A stretch of 64,000 bases of DNA from Deltaproteobacteria bacterium (GTDB lineage Bacteria; Desulfobacterota; Desulfobacteria; Desulfobacterales; JAHEIW01), in assembly GCA_024639185.1 (NCBI GenBank), contig JAHEIW010000006.1:10647-74646 (forward strand), written 5' to 3'. Every line of letters starts with the position of its first letter. The stretch's first letter is position 1. Position numbers and translations under genes: made by a program. Positions 9,453-19,494 of the stretch are shown piece by piece. Under the pieces are notes generated by a model. It was not told the DNA's origin. It made no database searches and saw nothing but the letters and a program-made list of their open reading frames with translations.

Positions 9453-9776
9453 TTACTCGGGCGTTTTAATATTGCCTTCATATTCTTCGGGTTCCGAAAA
9501 ATATTTGTCCGGGTCTTGCATGAGTGTCTCCAGGCGGTATTTATAAAACCCCACGCGGGTGCGTTTGTTTTTTTGAGATCCGAAATACTCGAGGGGTTTT
9601 TCCTCAAGTTCGGCGATTTTGGCCTCCAGCCTTACTTTTTCGGCTGCGATCTTATCCTCTTGTGAGAGCGCCTGGTTTTGTGTGGCCTCTGTTTCCTGGG
9701 CCCCGGCAAACGGAGCCAGCAGGAACAAAGCGATAAGGCATACGATTATCCTTGAAAAAGAAAGCATGGTTTTCAT
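9453..9776 (-). CDS. Small secreted coiled-coil protein
   Basis: AAGGAGG RBS before MKTMLSFSRIIVCLIALFLLAPFAGAQE, followed by a charged helical region. Confidence 0.55.
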   Translation of the reverse strand: MKTMLSFSRIIVCLIALFLLAPFAGAQETEATQNQALSQEDKIAAEKVRLEAKIAELEEKPLEYFGSQKNKRTRVGFYKYRLETLMQDPDKYFSEPEEYEGNIKTPE

Positions 9777-9962
9777 CAGACGGTCCTCCTTGTGCCCTGA
9801 TGGATCATAAAACATCCAACCAGGTGTTTAGGGCTATTGTCACGAATACGCCTGACGCGGCACATGCGCGCAGATGGCCCAACGCCTTTTGGCGGGTGAT
9901 CACCCCGCCAAAAGGCTTACACTTAGCTTATTCAATCAGCTTTAGCCCATTTCCATTTACAA

Positions 9963-11564
9963 TCAATGAGCGCCTGTTTTGTACATCTGGGCCATGACAT
10001 CGTCCACGTTGAACTTGGCCGGTTTCTGGCGCGGTGGGAAATCCTTGAACGTTCCGATGAAACCGGCCACGATCTCCTGGACGGCCGTCACCGCAAAAGC
10101 GCTGCGTTCGATCCACCAGCGGTCGTAGTTGTTCGAATCGGTGTCGGCCCGCTCAAACGGGTCGCTGCGCAGGTTAAACGGCTTGGGGATGCGCAGCTGC
10201 ACAAACGGCTCAGACCAGACGCGGAAGGTCTTGGCCCGCTGTTCGGCAAAGACCAGTTTCCACTGCTTGTGACGGACGCCCACCAGCAGGCCGTCATCAC
10301 TGAAGTAGAAAAACTCCTCGCGCGGTCCCTCCTGTTCTTTGCCGCTCAAGTATGGCAGAAAATTGTGACCATCCAGGTGGACTTTGAATGTTTTTCCGGC
10401 TGCCCGGTGACCTTTCATTAGCTTCTCTTTGATGTCCGGCTCCCCGGCAGCCGCCATCAGGGTCGGTACCCAGTCCTGCATTGACATGATCTCGTTGGAT
10501 ACCTTTCCGGCCGGAATTTTTCCGGGCCAGCGCACCAGGCAAGGGACGCGATAGCCGCCTTCCCAGTTGGTATTCTTCTCGCCCCGGAAGGGGGATATGC
10601 CGCCGTCCGGCCACTCGTTGTAATGCGGTCCGTTGTCCACGGTGTACACCACAATGGTGTTGTCGTCGATCTTCAGTTCTTCGAGCAGATCGAGCACTTG
10701 ACCGACATGGCCATCGTGCTCCACCATGCCATCGGCATAGATGCCCAGCCCGGTCACACCTTCGCTTTCCGGTTTCAGATGGGTGTAAAAATGCATGCGG
10801 GAGGTGGCCAGCCAGGCAAACCAGGGTTTTTTGGCCGCGGTGTTCTTTTTGATGAATTTCACTGTGTGGTCCAGGAACTCTTCATCGGCCGTTTCCATCC
10901 GTTTTCTGGTCAGCGGGCCGGTGTCTTTACACGCCTGCTTACCCATTTTGCCGAAGCGCGGATCGACGGTCGGGTCATCTGTGTCCGTGGCCTTACAGTC
11001 CAACACGCCGCGTGGACCCAGGCGCTTCCGGAATTCGGGATCCTTGGGGTAATCGGGATTCTCCGGCTCTTCCTCGGCGTTTAAGTGATAAAGGTTGCCG
11101 TAAAATTCATCAAACCCGTGCACTGTGGGCAGATATTCGTTACGGTCCCCCAGATGGTTTTTGCCGAACTGGCCGGTGGCGTAACCATGGTTCTTGAGCA
11201 GTTCCGCCAGGGTGGGGTCTTCTTTCTGAATGCCGATAGCGGACCCAGGAAAGCCGACTTTGGTCAAACCGGTACGCACGGGATGCTGGCCAGTGATAAA
11301 GGCCGAGCGCCCCGCTGTACAGCTCTGTTCGGCGTAGTAGTCCGTAAAGAGCATGCCTTCGTTGGCGATGCGGTCGATGTTGGGCGTTTGATAGCCCACC
11401 AAACCCCGGGAGTAGGCACTGACGTTGGTAATGCCCACATCATCGGACATGATCACCAGGATGTTGGGTTTGTCGGCTGCGAAAGTTGCCGGGGCTGTCA
11501 GGCAGATCCCCAGGAACACTGCGACAGCCGTCGAAAAAGTTTTCAATAGGACTTTTAATCTCAT
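9963..11564 (-). CDS. Arylsulfatase (Cys-type sulfatase family)
   Basis: AAAGGAG RBS before MRLKVLL. Signal peptide. NILVIMSDDVG, with the formylglycine signature CTAGRSAF (C-x-A-x-R). Confidence 0.9.
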   Translation of the reverse strand: MRLKVLLKTFSTAVAVFLGICLTAPATFAADKPNILVIMSDDVGITNVSAYSRGLVGYQTPNIDRIANEGMLFTDYYAEQSCTAGRSAFITGQHPVRTGLTKVGFPGSAIGIQKEDPTLAELLKNHGYATGQFGKNHLGDRNEYLPTVHGFDEFYGNLYHLNAEEEPENPDYPKDPEFRKRLGPRGVLDCKATDTDDPTVDPRFGKMGKQACKDTGPLTRKRMETADEEFLDHTVKFIKKNTAAKKPWFAWLATSRMHFYTHLKPESEGVTGLGIYADGMVEHDGHVGQVLDLLEELKIDDNTIVVYTVDNGPHYNEWPDGGISPFRGEKNTNWEGGYRVPCLVRWPGKIPAGKVSNEIMSMQDWVPTLMAAAGEPDIKEKLMKGHRAAGKTFKVHLDGHNFLPYLSGKEQEGPREEFFYFSDDGLLVGVRHKQWKLVFAEQRAKTFRVWSEPFVQLRIPKPFNLRSDPFERADTDSNNYDRWWIERSAFAVTAVQEIVAGFIGTFKDFPPRQKPAKFNVDDVMAQMYKTGAH

Positions 11565-11765
11565 TTTACGCTCTCCTTTCAATCTTATCGGGTTAATATT
11601 GTTTTTAATTTTCTCGATTTGCAAAAAAGTTATGGAAACACTGTTTAAGATTCATTAAATTTCATATTGAAAGAAAACACACTATTCTGCCTTCTCAATA
11701 TCCGGCAGTATTGATTTACGATCGGCAAAGGCCTGCTGCCTGTTTGCATTTTTGGCCATGAGGCC

Positions 11766-12149
11766 TTATTTCATCCGAACGAAAAAAACACCCAGGCTCT
11801 GCTTGGAGGGCGCATGATAATAGATGCCGCGAAGAACATCTTTGTCTGTCAGGTAAATCAACGTGTAAGTGGAGCCGGGGTATCCCCTGTCGCGCAGCTC
11901 AAGCTCGATCATTGTTTTTTCACCGGAGACGGATGCTTGGGCCCGGCCAACGTTGATCGGCCGCGGGTTGTAATAACCGGCCTCGATGCGGCCGTCTGCA
12001 TGAATACGGCGAACTTCGATGACATAGCCCCCGTCGGCGCGCTGCCAGCGGCCCACCAACGGTCCGAAATCGGCCCCCAAAACACCATTAATGGATAGGG
12101 TGATGGCCGCAAGCAGGGCCGCAACAAATAGGATGACTGTTTTTTTCAT
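11766..12149 (-). CDS. Small secreted hypothetical protein
   Basis: Signal peptide MKKTVILFVAALLAAITLS. Beta-rich. Downstream partner of the outer-membrane protein gene. Confidence 0.55.
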   Translation of the reverse strand: MKKTVILFVAALLAAITLSINGVLGADFGPLVGRWQRADGGYVIEVRRIHADGRIEAGYYNPRPINVGRAQASVSGEKTMIELELRDRGYPGSTYTLIYLTDKDVLRGIYYHAPSKQSLGVFFVRMK

Positions 12150-12236
12150 TTCCGATTTTTCATGTTTTGACCGTTACCATCGATGCCGAAATTGCCACTT
12201 TAAACAAAAAAAAATATATAAAATCGCTACGCTATT

Positions 12237-13091
12237 TTATTTGGGAAACAAAAACTGAAACGTGAACACCGTCTGCCAGTCAGGCCCCTTATCCGGTTTT
12301 TCAATGTTGTAATAGGCTTCGATGCGTGAATTGATCGGCTGATTGCCGATTTTAAACAGCTTGCCCACCCCGCCGCCGAGTGGAACCGTCCAGCGGTCGC
12401 TGGATTTTTTGGCGCCCCAGTTGGCCGTGATGATCATATCGGTGATCAGGTACCAGCCATTCGGAAGGTTGTAATTGATAAAGGGCTCGATCAGGGTCTG
12501 GTTGACGTTGGGGCGGTCCGAATCGCCGGCAAACGACCACAGCTGGCGCACCAGCCCGCCGTAGGTCCCCCAGCCGGGCTGCACGAGCACAACACCGGTG
12601 GGCCCGGCGCTCCATTTGCCGCTGCCGAGTTGATCCTTACTCGCCGTCGGCAGATTGACCGACGGGCCGATACCCCAGATGAAGTTGCTGGCATCGGCCG
12701 GCGACAGAAACAGGGAATAATTGATATCCCCCAGACCGGTTTTGCGGTCATCCGATGCTTTACCCTCCGGAATCCCGGGGGTTCCTGCGATTTTTCCGTC
12801 CACGCTGACAAGGGCGGGAATCAGCGCCCGGCTGATCAAGTTCCAATTGCCCACCGTCACCGGGATGACCGGATTTATATTAAAAAAATAGGCGCTGCCG
12901 TTGTCCGCGCCGAAATCGGCGGTCAGCTTCAGCGGCAGGCTGTACATGGAGCTGACCGGGTTTTGCACCTTGGCGCGCAGGTCGTCGCCGCTTTGAGCCT
13001 GCGGGGCGGACGGTTTGGCTTCATCCTGCGCAATGGCCGGGACGCCATTAAATGTAATTAAAACAGCGATTAATATAAGGATCAGACGCAT
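12237..13091 (-). CDS. Putative outer-membrane beta-barrel protein (MetA-pathway/transporter-like family)
   Basis: AAAGGAG RBS before MRLILILIAVL. Signal peptide ending AIAQ. Alternating beta pattern and a C-terminal ...FTFQFLFPK with aromatic residues. Confidence 0.55.
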   Translation of the reverse strand: MRLILILIAVLITFNGVPAIAQDEAKPSAPQAQSGDDLRAKVQNPVSSMYSLPLKLTADFGADNGSAYFFNINPVIPVTVGNWNLISRALIPALVSVDGKIAGTPGIPEGKASDDRKTGLGDINYSLFLSPADASNFIWGIGPSVNLPTASKDQLGSGKWSAGPTGVVLVQPGWGTYGGLVRQLWSFAGDSDRPNVNQTLIEPFINYNLPNGWYLITDMIITANWGAKKSSDRWTVPLGGGVGKLFKIGNQPINSRIEAYYNIEKPDKGPDWQTVFTFQFLFPK

Positions 13092-13188
13092 ATAAACTCC
13101 TTTCATTAGTTGACGGATTGGGAATTTTTTCATTCAAAGTTTGGCATTCCAGCGAATCAGACTGGGTCGTTATACAAGAATGCGATCA

Positions 13189-13269
13189 ATTTAGTCCCGT
13201 CATGCCGGACCTGATCCGGCATCCAGTAATGGTAATTCCTGAAAAAGCCCTGGATTCCGGGTCAAGCCC
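13189..13269. repeat. REP-like palindromic pair
   Basis: CGTCATGCCGGACCTGATCCGGCATCC (13189-13215) and its inverted relative GGATTCCGGGTCAAGCCCGGAATGACG (13243-13269). Confidence 0.8.
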
Positions 13270-13537
13270 GGAATGACGAAAACACCGTTTAGGTGTCGTT
13301 TTGTCAATTGCGACACAGCCTCCTGCGCGAGCATGACGGGAAAAACTCCCCGATCCCTGAATTAGTTTGCATCCGCTCTGCCTCAGGCAGACCAAATTGA
13401 AAACGAATTCGTGCCCAGTTTAATTCCCGCATGGGCACTAATTAAAAGTTTATTAGAGTGCTCTTGTGGCATCTTCATTCAGAATCGGTATAAAATACGG
13501 AAAAATTCCAGGTCTTGAAACCACCCCGGTTAGCGCT

Positions 13538-13795
13538 TCACTCCGGCGGCCGTGGTTTTATAACGACCAGGTATTGAGAGATTTCCTCTTCAAGTTCATT
13601 GATAAGGGTATGGTACTCAATGACCCGTTTTTCGGCCTCAGGCCCATTAGCGTGTGCCCAGTAATGCAATGCATTCACACAGGCATCGTAGTCTTCACAC
13701 AGAGATAGGAACTCGGGATTCTGCGCCATAAGATGATCGATGCGATCCACTTGGTCCGGAAAGTGCTCTCGAATATGCCGTTTCCTGTCACCCAC
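13538..13795 (-). CDS. Small hypothetical cytoplasmic protein
   Basis: 85-aa ORF, helical. Divergent from the TPR regulator gene. No recognisable motif. Confidence 0.4.
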   Translation of the reverse strand: MGDRKRHIREHFPDQVDRIDHLMAQNPEFLSLCEDYDACVNALHYWAHANGPEAEKRVIEYHTLINELEEEISQYLVVIKPRPPE

Positions 13796-14008
13796 AGCCG
13801 ATATCGCCCTATAGTGTTACGGGGTTGAACCTGATAGTTGATTGTGATACGGGTTTCTGGTAGTTTTCAGGTGTACATGAGGATAATTGATCTGAACAGG
13901 TACGTTACGGTTACGTACCTGTAACAACTCGTTTCTTTTTAACCATTAACAAATAACGAATAACAGATAACGACCAATTGATTTTTAATTCAATTGGGCT
14001 TGGTGCTT

Positions 14009-15610
14009 ATGGCAGCTGACCATAAACCGACACCCGCAGCCATTCGGCGCCAGCTGAAGCGCATCCTCCAGAGTGCAGGATTCAGGGGATCTGATAAACA
14101 GCGGAAATTTCTGAATTTTGTTGTTGATGAAACCCTCAAAGACCGCTCCACTCAGCTCAAGGGATTTACCATCGCTATGGCGGTTTACGGGCGCAACGAA
14201 AAGTTTGATCCGCAGGTGGATCCCATCGTGCGGGTGGAAGCCGGCAGACTGCGCCGTGCGCTGGAGCATTATTATCTGACCGCCGGTAAAAATGACCCGC
14301 TTCGCATCACGATCCCCAAAGGGGGTTACAGACCCGCTTTCCATACGGTCCGCGCAGCGCTGCCCGAGGCCCCGACGCCTGCCGCAGAGCCGGATCATTC
14401 CGCAGCGACTGAAGAGCCTACCATTGCCATGATGCCGCTCGACAACCTGAACGCAGATACCGAGCAGGCCTACTTTATCGATGGACTGACCGAAGAACTG
14501 ACCGCCGAGCTGGCGCGCTACCAGGACATTAAAGTCATTGCCGCTCAATCCACCCTGCGGTTTAAAGGGCGGAAGGTGCATTACGCAGAAGTCGGCTGCG
14601 ATCTGGGCGTGCGGTTTCTGTTGACGGGCAGTGTGCGCCATGATTCCAAGACCGTCAAAGTGGCGATTCACTTAATCGATGCATCCAGTGCGGAACAGAT
14701 CTGGGGGCAGAGCTATAGTCGCGACCGAACCGCCGCCGATTTGATCGCCGTGCAGGAGGATATTGCCGGCAGCGCCGTCGGGGTGATTGCCGACCAGTTT
14801 GGCTTGATCAAACGCAGGCTGTCGCGGGAATCCCGCAAAAAGGCGCCGACCGATTACAAGGTCTATGATGCCGTGTTGCGCTTCTACCACTATGAGACCG
14901 AATTGACACTCCAGGCATTCGACAAGGCCCTGGCAGCCCTCGAGCAGGCCACCCGGTTAGAACCGAATTACGGGCTGGCCTGGGCCATGCTCGGCCATCT
15001 GCATGCCGACAATTACGCCATGGGGTTCCGGGAGATGGCGGCGCCGCTGGATAAAGCCCTGCTTTATGCTCAAAAGGGCGTGGCCCTGGCGCCGGGCAAC
15101 CAGTTTGCCCGCGATGCCCTGACGCTTGTCTATTTTCACCAGGGCGACAAGAAATTCTTTCTCAAGCATGTTGAAGAAACCATTGCCCTCAACCCCAACG
15201 CTCCGTACATCGTCGGTGTTGCCGGCTGGCACATGGCGCTTTACGGCGAATGGGAGCGCGGCCTTGCCCTGCTGAAAAAAGGGATGAAACTTAATCCCTA
15301 TCACCCCACCTGGTTTCACCTGGCGCATTACATGGACAGCTATCGCCGGGGCGATTATGAAAAAGCCCTGGCCGAAGCGCGGAAGTTCAACTTTCCCGAA
15401 TTGTACTGGGACCCGCTGATGCGCGCTGCCGCCCTCAGCCGGCTGGGAAGGCAAAAAGAAGCCAGGAAGGCCATTGGCCAATTAATCGAGCTGGAGCCGG
15501 ATTTCGCAACGCGCGGGCGATCACTGATCGGCCGTTATGTAAAGGTTGAAGACCTCGTCGATGCGGTCATAGAGGGCCTGCGCAAAGGGGGCCTGACGGA
15601 TCTCGAGTAA
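14009..15610 (+). CDS. Regulator-like protein: winged-helix-like N-domain + TolB-N-like domain + TPR repeats
   Basis: N-terminal IRRQLKRILQSAGFRGSDKQRKFLNFVVDETL...VRVEAGRLRRALEHYY...IPKGGYRPAF. Then IAMMPLDNLNADTEQAYFIDGLTEELTAELARYQDIKVIA, followed by TPR-like repeats. The ATG at 14009 is preferred over the TTG at 13994. Confidence 0.75.
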   Translation: MAADHKPTPAAIRRQLKRILQSAGFRGSDKQRKFLNFVVDETLKDRSTQLKGFTIAMAVYGRNEKFDPQVDPIVRVEAGRLRRALEHYYLTAGKNDPLRITIPKGGYRPAFHTVRAALPEAPTPAAEPDHSAATEEPTIAMMPLDNLNADTEQAYFIDGLTEELTAELARYQDIKVIAAQSTLRFKGRKVHYAEVGCDLGVRFLLTGSVRHDSKTVKVAIHLIDASSAEQIWGQSYSRDRTAADLIAVQEDIAGSAVGVIADQFGLIKRRLSRESRKKAPTDYKVYDAVLRFYHYETELTLQAFDKALAALEQATRLEPNYGLAWAMLGHLHADNYAMGFREMAAPLDKALLYAQKGVALAPGNQFARDALTLVYFHQGDKKFFLKHVEETIALNPNAPYIVGVAGWHMALYGEWERGLALLKKGMKLNPYHPTWFHLAHYMDSYRRGDYEKALAEARKFNFPELYWDPLMRAAALSRLGRQKEARKAIGQLIELEPDFATRGRSLIGRYVKVEDLVDAVIEGLRKGGLTDLE

Positions 15611-15932
15611 AGCTTGCCTCTCAAATTGACGGTTCCTGTTGTGAATCAAAAACCATGCATTCATCCTAGACAACCATTATGAGTAAGCCCATCAAGATGT
15701 CGCCGACCGGCTGTCAGACCCTGACCGGCTCACAAAAATAAATGCCCGTAATCAATCCGAGGACAAGAGCGATATCCTCTCGTTCGGAAGGACCGGGCAT
15801 TTGAGAACCGTTGCGCTTCGGTTCGTCGACGCTCTTTGTCGTTAACCTATTGGCAAAGCACTCGCACTATGGGTTGCCGCAGACGAATAACGACCAAAAG
15901 CATCTGAGTTTTTTCAGATTGTTAAATTACCA

Positions 15933-16220
15933 TTAATTACTGTCATAGGTTGAGAAGACCGTATCCCATTCTTTATCGTTGCTTAATTCTCTGAGAACAT
16001 TGCTTGCTTCCTCATCCTTGCCATCCATACACAGCTGATGGACCTCTTTGAGTTTCGAAATCCATCGTTCTTTTGTTTCTCCTGACATCTGGTATAGACT
16101 ATTTACCTTTTTGATGCCTCTGTAGTACTTGTAATCACATTTATAATCTTCGTGACCACCGGCGTAAGCAGTTACTGTCAATAATGCGATTGCAATAGTG
16201 GCAATTATATATGTTTTCAT
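15933..16220 (-). CDS. Small secreted hypothetical protein
   Basis: AAAGGAG RBS before MKTYIIATIAIALLTVTAYAGG. Confidence 0.5.
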   Translation of the reverse strand: MKTYIIATIAIALLTVTAYAGGHEDYKCDYKYYRGIKKVNSLYQMSGETKERWISKLKEVHQLCMDGKDEEASNVLRELSNDKEWDTVFSTYDSN

Positions 16221-16453
16221 GAGATTTCTCCTTTGTTTCAAAACTTTAGCGAAATTTAATGTCGATTATTTGGTATGCAAATAAATAAACACTGTTGGGT
16301 ATTGCATGCCAACATACAAAAACCCAATAAATGATCATCAGGCATTAAGAATATCCGGTAACCCCAATCATGATTTAGATGTTGTAAAGCAAATTTCACG
16401 ATTTTTAACAAAATTTAAATAAAGGTGTTGCCTTTCTTTCTGCGTTTTCTTGT

Positions 16454-17497
16454 TCAGCGATTTCGGTAATAAGCGGAGCCAACCATCCTGGCGTCGATAT
16501 TCATGGTGTCCGGTGCCAGGGCCCGCAAAACCGGGGCTCTCAAAGCAGCCGCGGCCGCCTCGGAAACCCTGCCGTGCACCTTGAGTTTGACGATGCTGTC
16601 CGGTGGGATGGCAAACAGGCGGGTTTGAATCCAGGACTCGATTTGGCTGGCATTCATGCCGGTGGCCTGCAGATCCAGCTGAACCATCGGGCGGGTCGGC
16701 AACTTGTGAAACGTCCAATTGATCAATCCTGCAGTAGACGTTTTTAGCGTCTCAAATTCCAGAATGAGATAGCCCTTGGGCTCATCTTTTTCGGCAAAAG
16801 AGGTGCGCTCGACCGAGCCGGGGTAAAATACCGGTGCTTGCAGCGGTCTGCCTTTGCGGTCTTTGGTCAATACCTGGAAGCGGTGGATGTGCCCGGCCAG
16901 AACGGCCGCAAAACCTGCCAGGATGTCGCCGCTGCGGATGACATCGTGGGCGTAACGAAAGGTGTAACTCGCCGGGCCGACGGTGGCGCCGTCCACCGAC
17001 TGATGCACACAGAGAACATAGGCGTCGGCCTCCTTTAGCCGCCAGCCGGTTTGTTCAACCAATGCTGGAAATTGCTTGCGAATACCCCTGCGCACGAACG
17101 GAAAACCGGCCAGGGCCAGCGATCCCTGTTTTGTCTGCAATGTAAAGGTGCGCGGGCGATCGAACAGGTGAATGCCGAGATGTTGCGCCAGATGGCCATG
17201 TGGGATCGCCGAGCGTTCATGATTGCCGGGCACCAGATAAATCGGCACGCCGGTCTCGGCTACCCGCTTGAGCGGTTCAAATGCCATTTCCACCAGATGG
17301 GCCGGCACCTTGCTGCGATACAACACATCGCCGCCGTGGACCACGGCATCCACCTCGCCATTTAAGGCCGGTCTGAGAGCGCGCTCAAAATTGGCGAAAA
17401 ACTCCGGGCCCCTGCGGCGCCGCTGGATGCGCGGGCGAAAGGGTAGATCAAATCCCAGGTGGGTATCGGCGACCAGCAGGATACGGATTATACCCAT
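16454..17497 (-). CDS. Calcineurin-like metallophosphoesterase, SbcD/Mre11-type nuclease-like
   Basis: Motifs LLVADTHLG, VVHGGDVLY, LVPGNHE, GHIH. The start overlaps the upstream gene by 10 nt. Confidence 0.85.
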   Translation of the reverse strand: MGIIRILLVADTHLGFDLPFRPRIQRRRRGPEFFANFERALRPALNGEVDAVVHGGDVLYRSKVPAHLVEMAFEPLKRVAETGVPIYLVPGNHERSAIPHGHLAQHLGIHLFDRPRTFTLQTKQGSLALAGFPFVRRGIRKQFPALVEQTGWRLKEADAYVLCVHQSVDGATVGPASYTFRYAHDVIRSGDILAGFAAVLAGHIHRFQVLTKDRKGRPLQAPVFYPGSVERTSFAEKDEPKGYLILEFETLKTSTAGLINWTFHKLPTRPMVQLDLQATGMNASQIESWIQTRLFAIPPDSIVKLKVHGRVSEAAAAALRAPVLRALAPDTMNIDARMVGSAYYRNR

Positions 17498-19251
17498 GGC
17501 AACAATCTGGCAAGCTGGCGGCCGGTTAAAATTCCCGTCGGGCCCAGACGCAGTTCAATCTTACGGCCTTCGTTAACCAGCCGCCGCAATTCGGTGGTGA
17601 CCACCCGCAGGCGCTCGTAGGTGGTGACATCAAAACTTTTCTGGCGATCACGAGTCTTTTTGATATGGCCTGCGGACAGGGGCGTTTCTTTTCCAACGGG
17701 CAGATTTTTTCGCGCGCCCACGGCCCCGTTTTCGAACAGCAGGACACTTTTGCGCTGGCCATCTGCGTTGCGGGACGCCCAGGCCAGTGATGATTCGCTC
17801 AGCACACACAGCCAGCGGGCGCGGCGGATCATAAGGGCGCCGCGCATGATAGCATGTTCGATACCGCGGGCCACGGCCTCCGGCGTCCAACTCGGTTCTT
17901 CTTCAGATTCCTCAAGCGCCCCATCCGGTGCTTCTTCGTCTGTTTCCGCCGCCGCTGCCAATTTGGCTTCTGCTATGGCCGCGAGTCTTTCAGCCCAGAG
18001 CACACGACCCAACCCGGCGATGACACGAAGCGCTGAAGGTTTTTTTAAGCGCCGCAGATGTTTGCCCTGAAACAACGTCAGGCCCTCGATCAGGCAATCC
18101 GGTTCCGGGGCATAGGCGGGCGGCACCCCCAGGATGTCATACGTGTTTTGCAGAAAGTCATCCGTTCTTCGTTCTGAATCCTTATGCCAGCCGGCAAAAG
18201 CGTTCATTGCAGTGGTTGTGAGCCCTGCGGGAAGCGGGCCGATGCAATGTGCGGCATCGGGCCGGGCGCCCCAATTTTCAAGATCACGGCTGAAAAATGT
18301 CAGTTTGCGCTTCCCGGTTTGCAGCGCCACGTTATAGGGTGGGCTGTAACGTTTGATCTCATCGGATTCCAGCACGGCAGCTTCCAAAGCCGAGCCGGTG
18401 CGGGTCACGTCCAGGTCGGCGGCCTGGCTGAGCATCTCAAGGGTGTGCTCCGCATGGCTTCCTTTCTGGCGAAAATAGCTGTTGACCCGTTGCTTGAGGG
18501 AAGTGGCTTTACCGATGTATAGCAAATCGCCGTTGGAGCGCAGCATGCGATAAATGCCGGGTTTGTCCGGCAAATTGAGACGAATGTCGGGCTTCATCGG
18601 GTAATCGCGACCGGTTCGCGTTTGCGGGGTTGTGTTTTTCAGCCAGCTATTGAGTTGATCTAAATCGGTAACCCCCTGCTCGGCGGCCAGTTGCTCAGCA
18701 AAATGCTGCCAGATCACAGCTGTGGCAACAGCGTGAGCGCCGCTGCGGCGCTGCGGGGGTACCGAATGCCCGAAATAACCTGCCACTGCCCGCAGCCCTC
18801 TGCGCGGCAACCCGGGCAACAGACGTTTGGCGATTTCGTGAGTGCATATGATGTTGAATGGAAAGACAGCTGATCGATCTTGCTGCACGTGAAGGTGCTC
18901 GAGGAACGCTTTTTCAAAACGGTAGTAATGAATGACGATGGGGCATTTTTCCATCTGATCGCGGTCGGCGATCTGTCTGGCGGTCCGGGTGAGTTTCTGC
19001 CAGATGTCGGCTGCCGGAAGTGCCGCCGGAGCGTCTGCCCGGGTGATGCCGGTGACGCGTTGCACCGCCGGGGGGATGTCGACATCCGCCGGTAAAGCCA
19101 CCCGATCGGCACTTACGTTCAGGGTCTCCGGATTGAGGGTTGCGGCGGCATAGGTTCGCACCCAGCCGATTTCAAGCAGGTGCCCTTTTTGCGGGTTGGC
19201 GCCGGTGGCCTGGCAATCAAATGTCAACACTTCTAAATCGGCGAGGTTCAT
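17488..19251 (-). CDS. Fusion protein: DnaQ-like (DEDDh-fold) domain with non-canonical catalytic residues + GIY-YIG (UvrC/Cho-like) nuclease domain + ~270-aa uncharacterised C-terminal region
   Basis: The N-terminal LTFDCQATG has DxQ where DxE is expected. HYYRFEKAFL has E where the Exo II Asp is expected. The GIY-YIG block PGIYRMLRSNGDLLYIGKATSLKQRVNSYF...ESDEIKRYSPPYNV is intact. Confidence 0.8.
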   Translation of the reverse strand: MNLADLEVLTFDCQATGANPQKGHLLEIGWVRTYAAATLNPETLNVSADRVALPADVDIPPAVQRVTGITRADAPAALPAADIWQKLTRTARQIADRDQMEKCPIVIHYYRFEKAFLEHLHVQQDRSAVFPFNIICTHEIAKRLLPGLPRRGLRAVAGYFGHSVPPQRRSGAHAVATAVIWQHFAEQLAAEQGVTDLDQLNSWLKNTTPQTRTGRDYPMKPDIRLNLPDKPGIYRMLRSNGDLLYIGKATSLKQRVNSYFRQKGSHAEHTLEMLSQAADLDVTRTGSALEAAVLESDEIKRYSPPYNVALQTGKRKLTFFSRDLENWGARPDAAHCIGPLPAGLTTTAMNAFAGWHKDSERRTDDFLQNTYDILGVPPAYAPEPDCLIEGLTLFQGKHLRRLKKPSALRVIAGLGRVLWAERLAAIAEAKLAAAAETDEEAPDGALEESEEEPSWTPEAVARGIEHAIMRGALMIRRARWLCVLSESSLAWASRNADGQRKSVLLFENGAVGARKNLPVGKETPLSAGHIKKTRDRQKSFDVTTYERLRVVTTELRRLVNEGRKIELRLGPTGILTGRQLARLLPWV

Positions 19252-19328
19252 AATTGTTCTAACAAGTCTTTAAAGATTTCCGGATTATTGGCTTCTTGCT
19301 TCTGGCCTCTGGCTGCTACCGTTGGGCT

Positions 19329-19401
19329 CGGGCGGGGATAAACCCCGCCCCTACAATACAGACCGATCAGTTTGTGTAGGGGCGGGGTTTACCCCCGCCC
19401 T
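19329..19401. repeat. REP-like pair of GC hairpins
   Basis: GGGCGGGGATAAACCCCGCCCC (19330-19351) and GGGGCGGGGTTTACCCCCGCCC (19379-19400) in inverted arrangement. Confidence 0.8.
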
Positions 19402-19494
19402 TAAAAGAGAGTTTAGCGAATTCAAATAATAATTCAATGGTTGAATTCGAACGTTGGGGAATTATTTTTTGTCTTAATGGCTTGAATATGCTAA

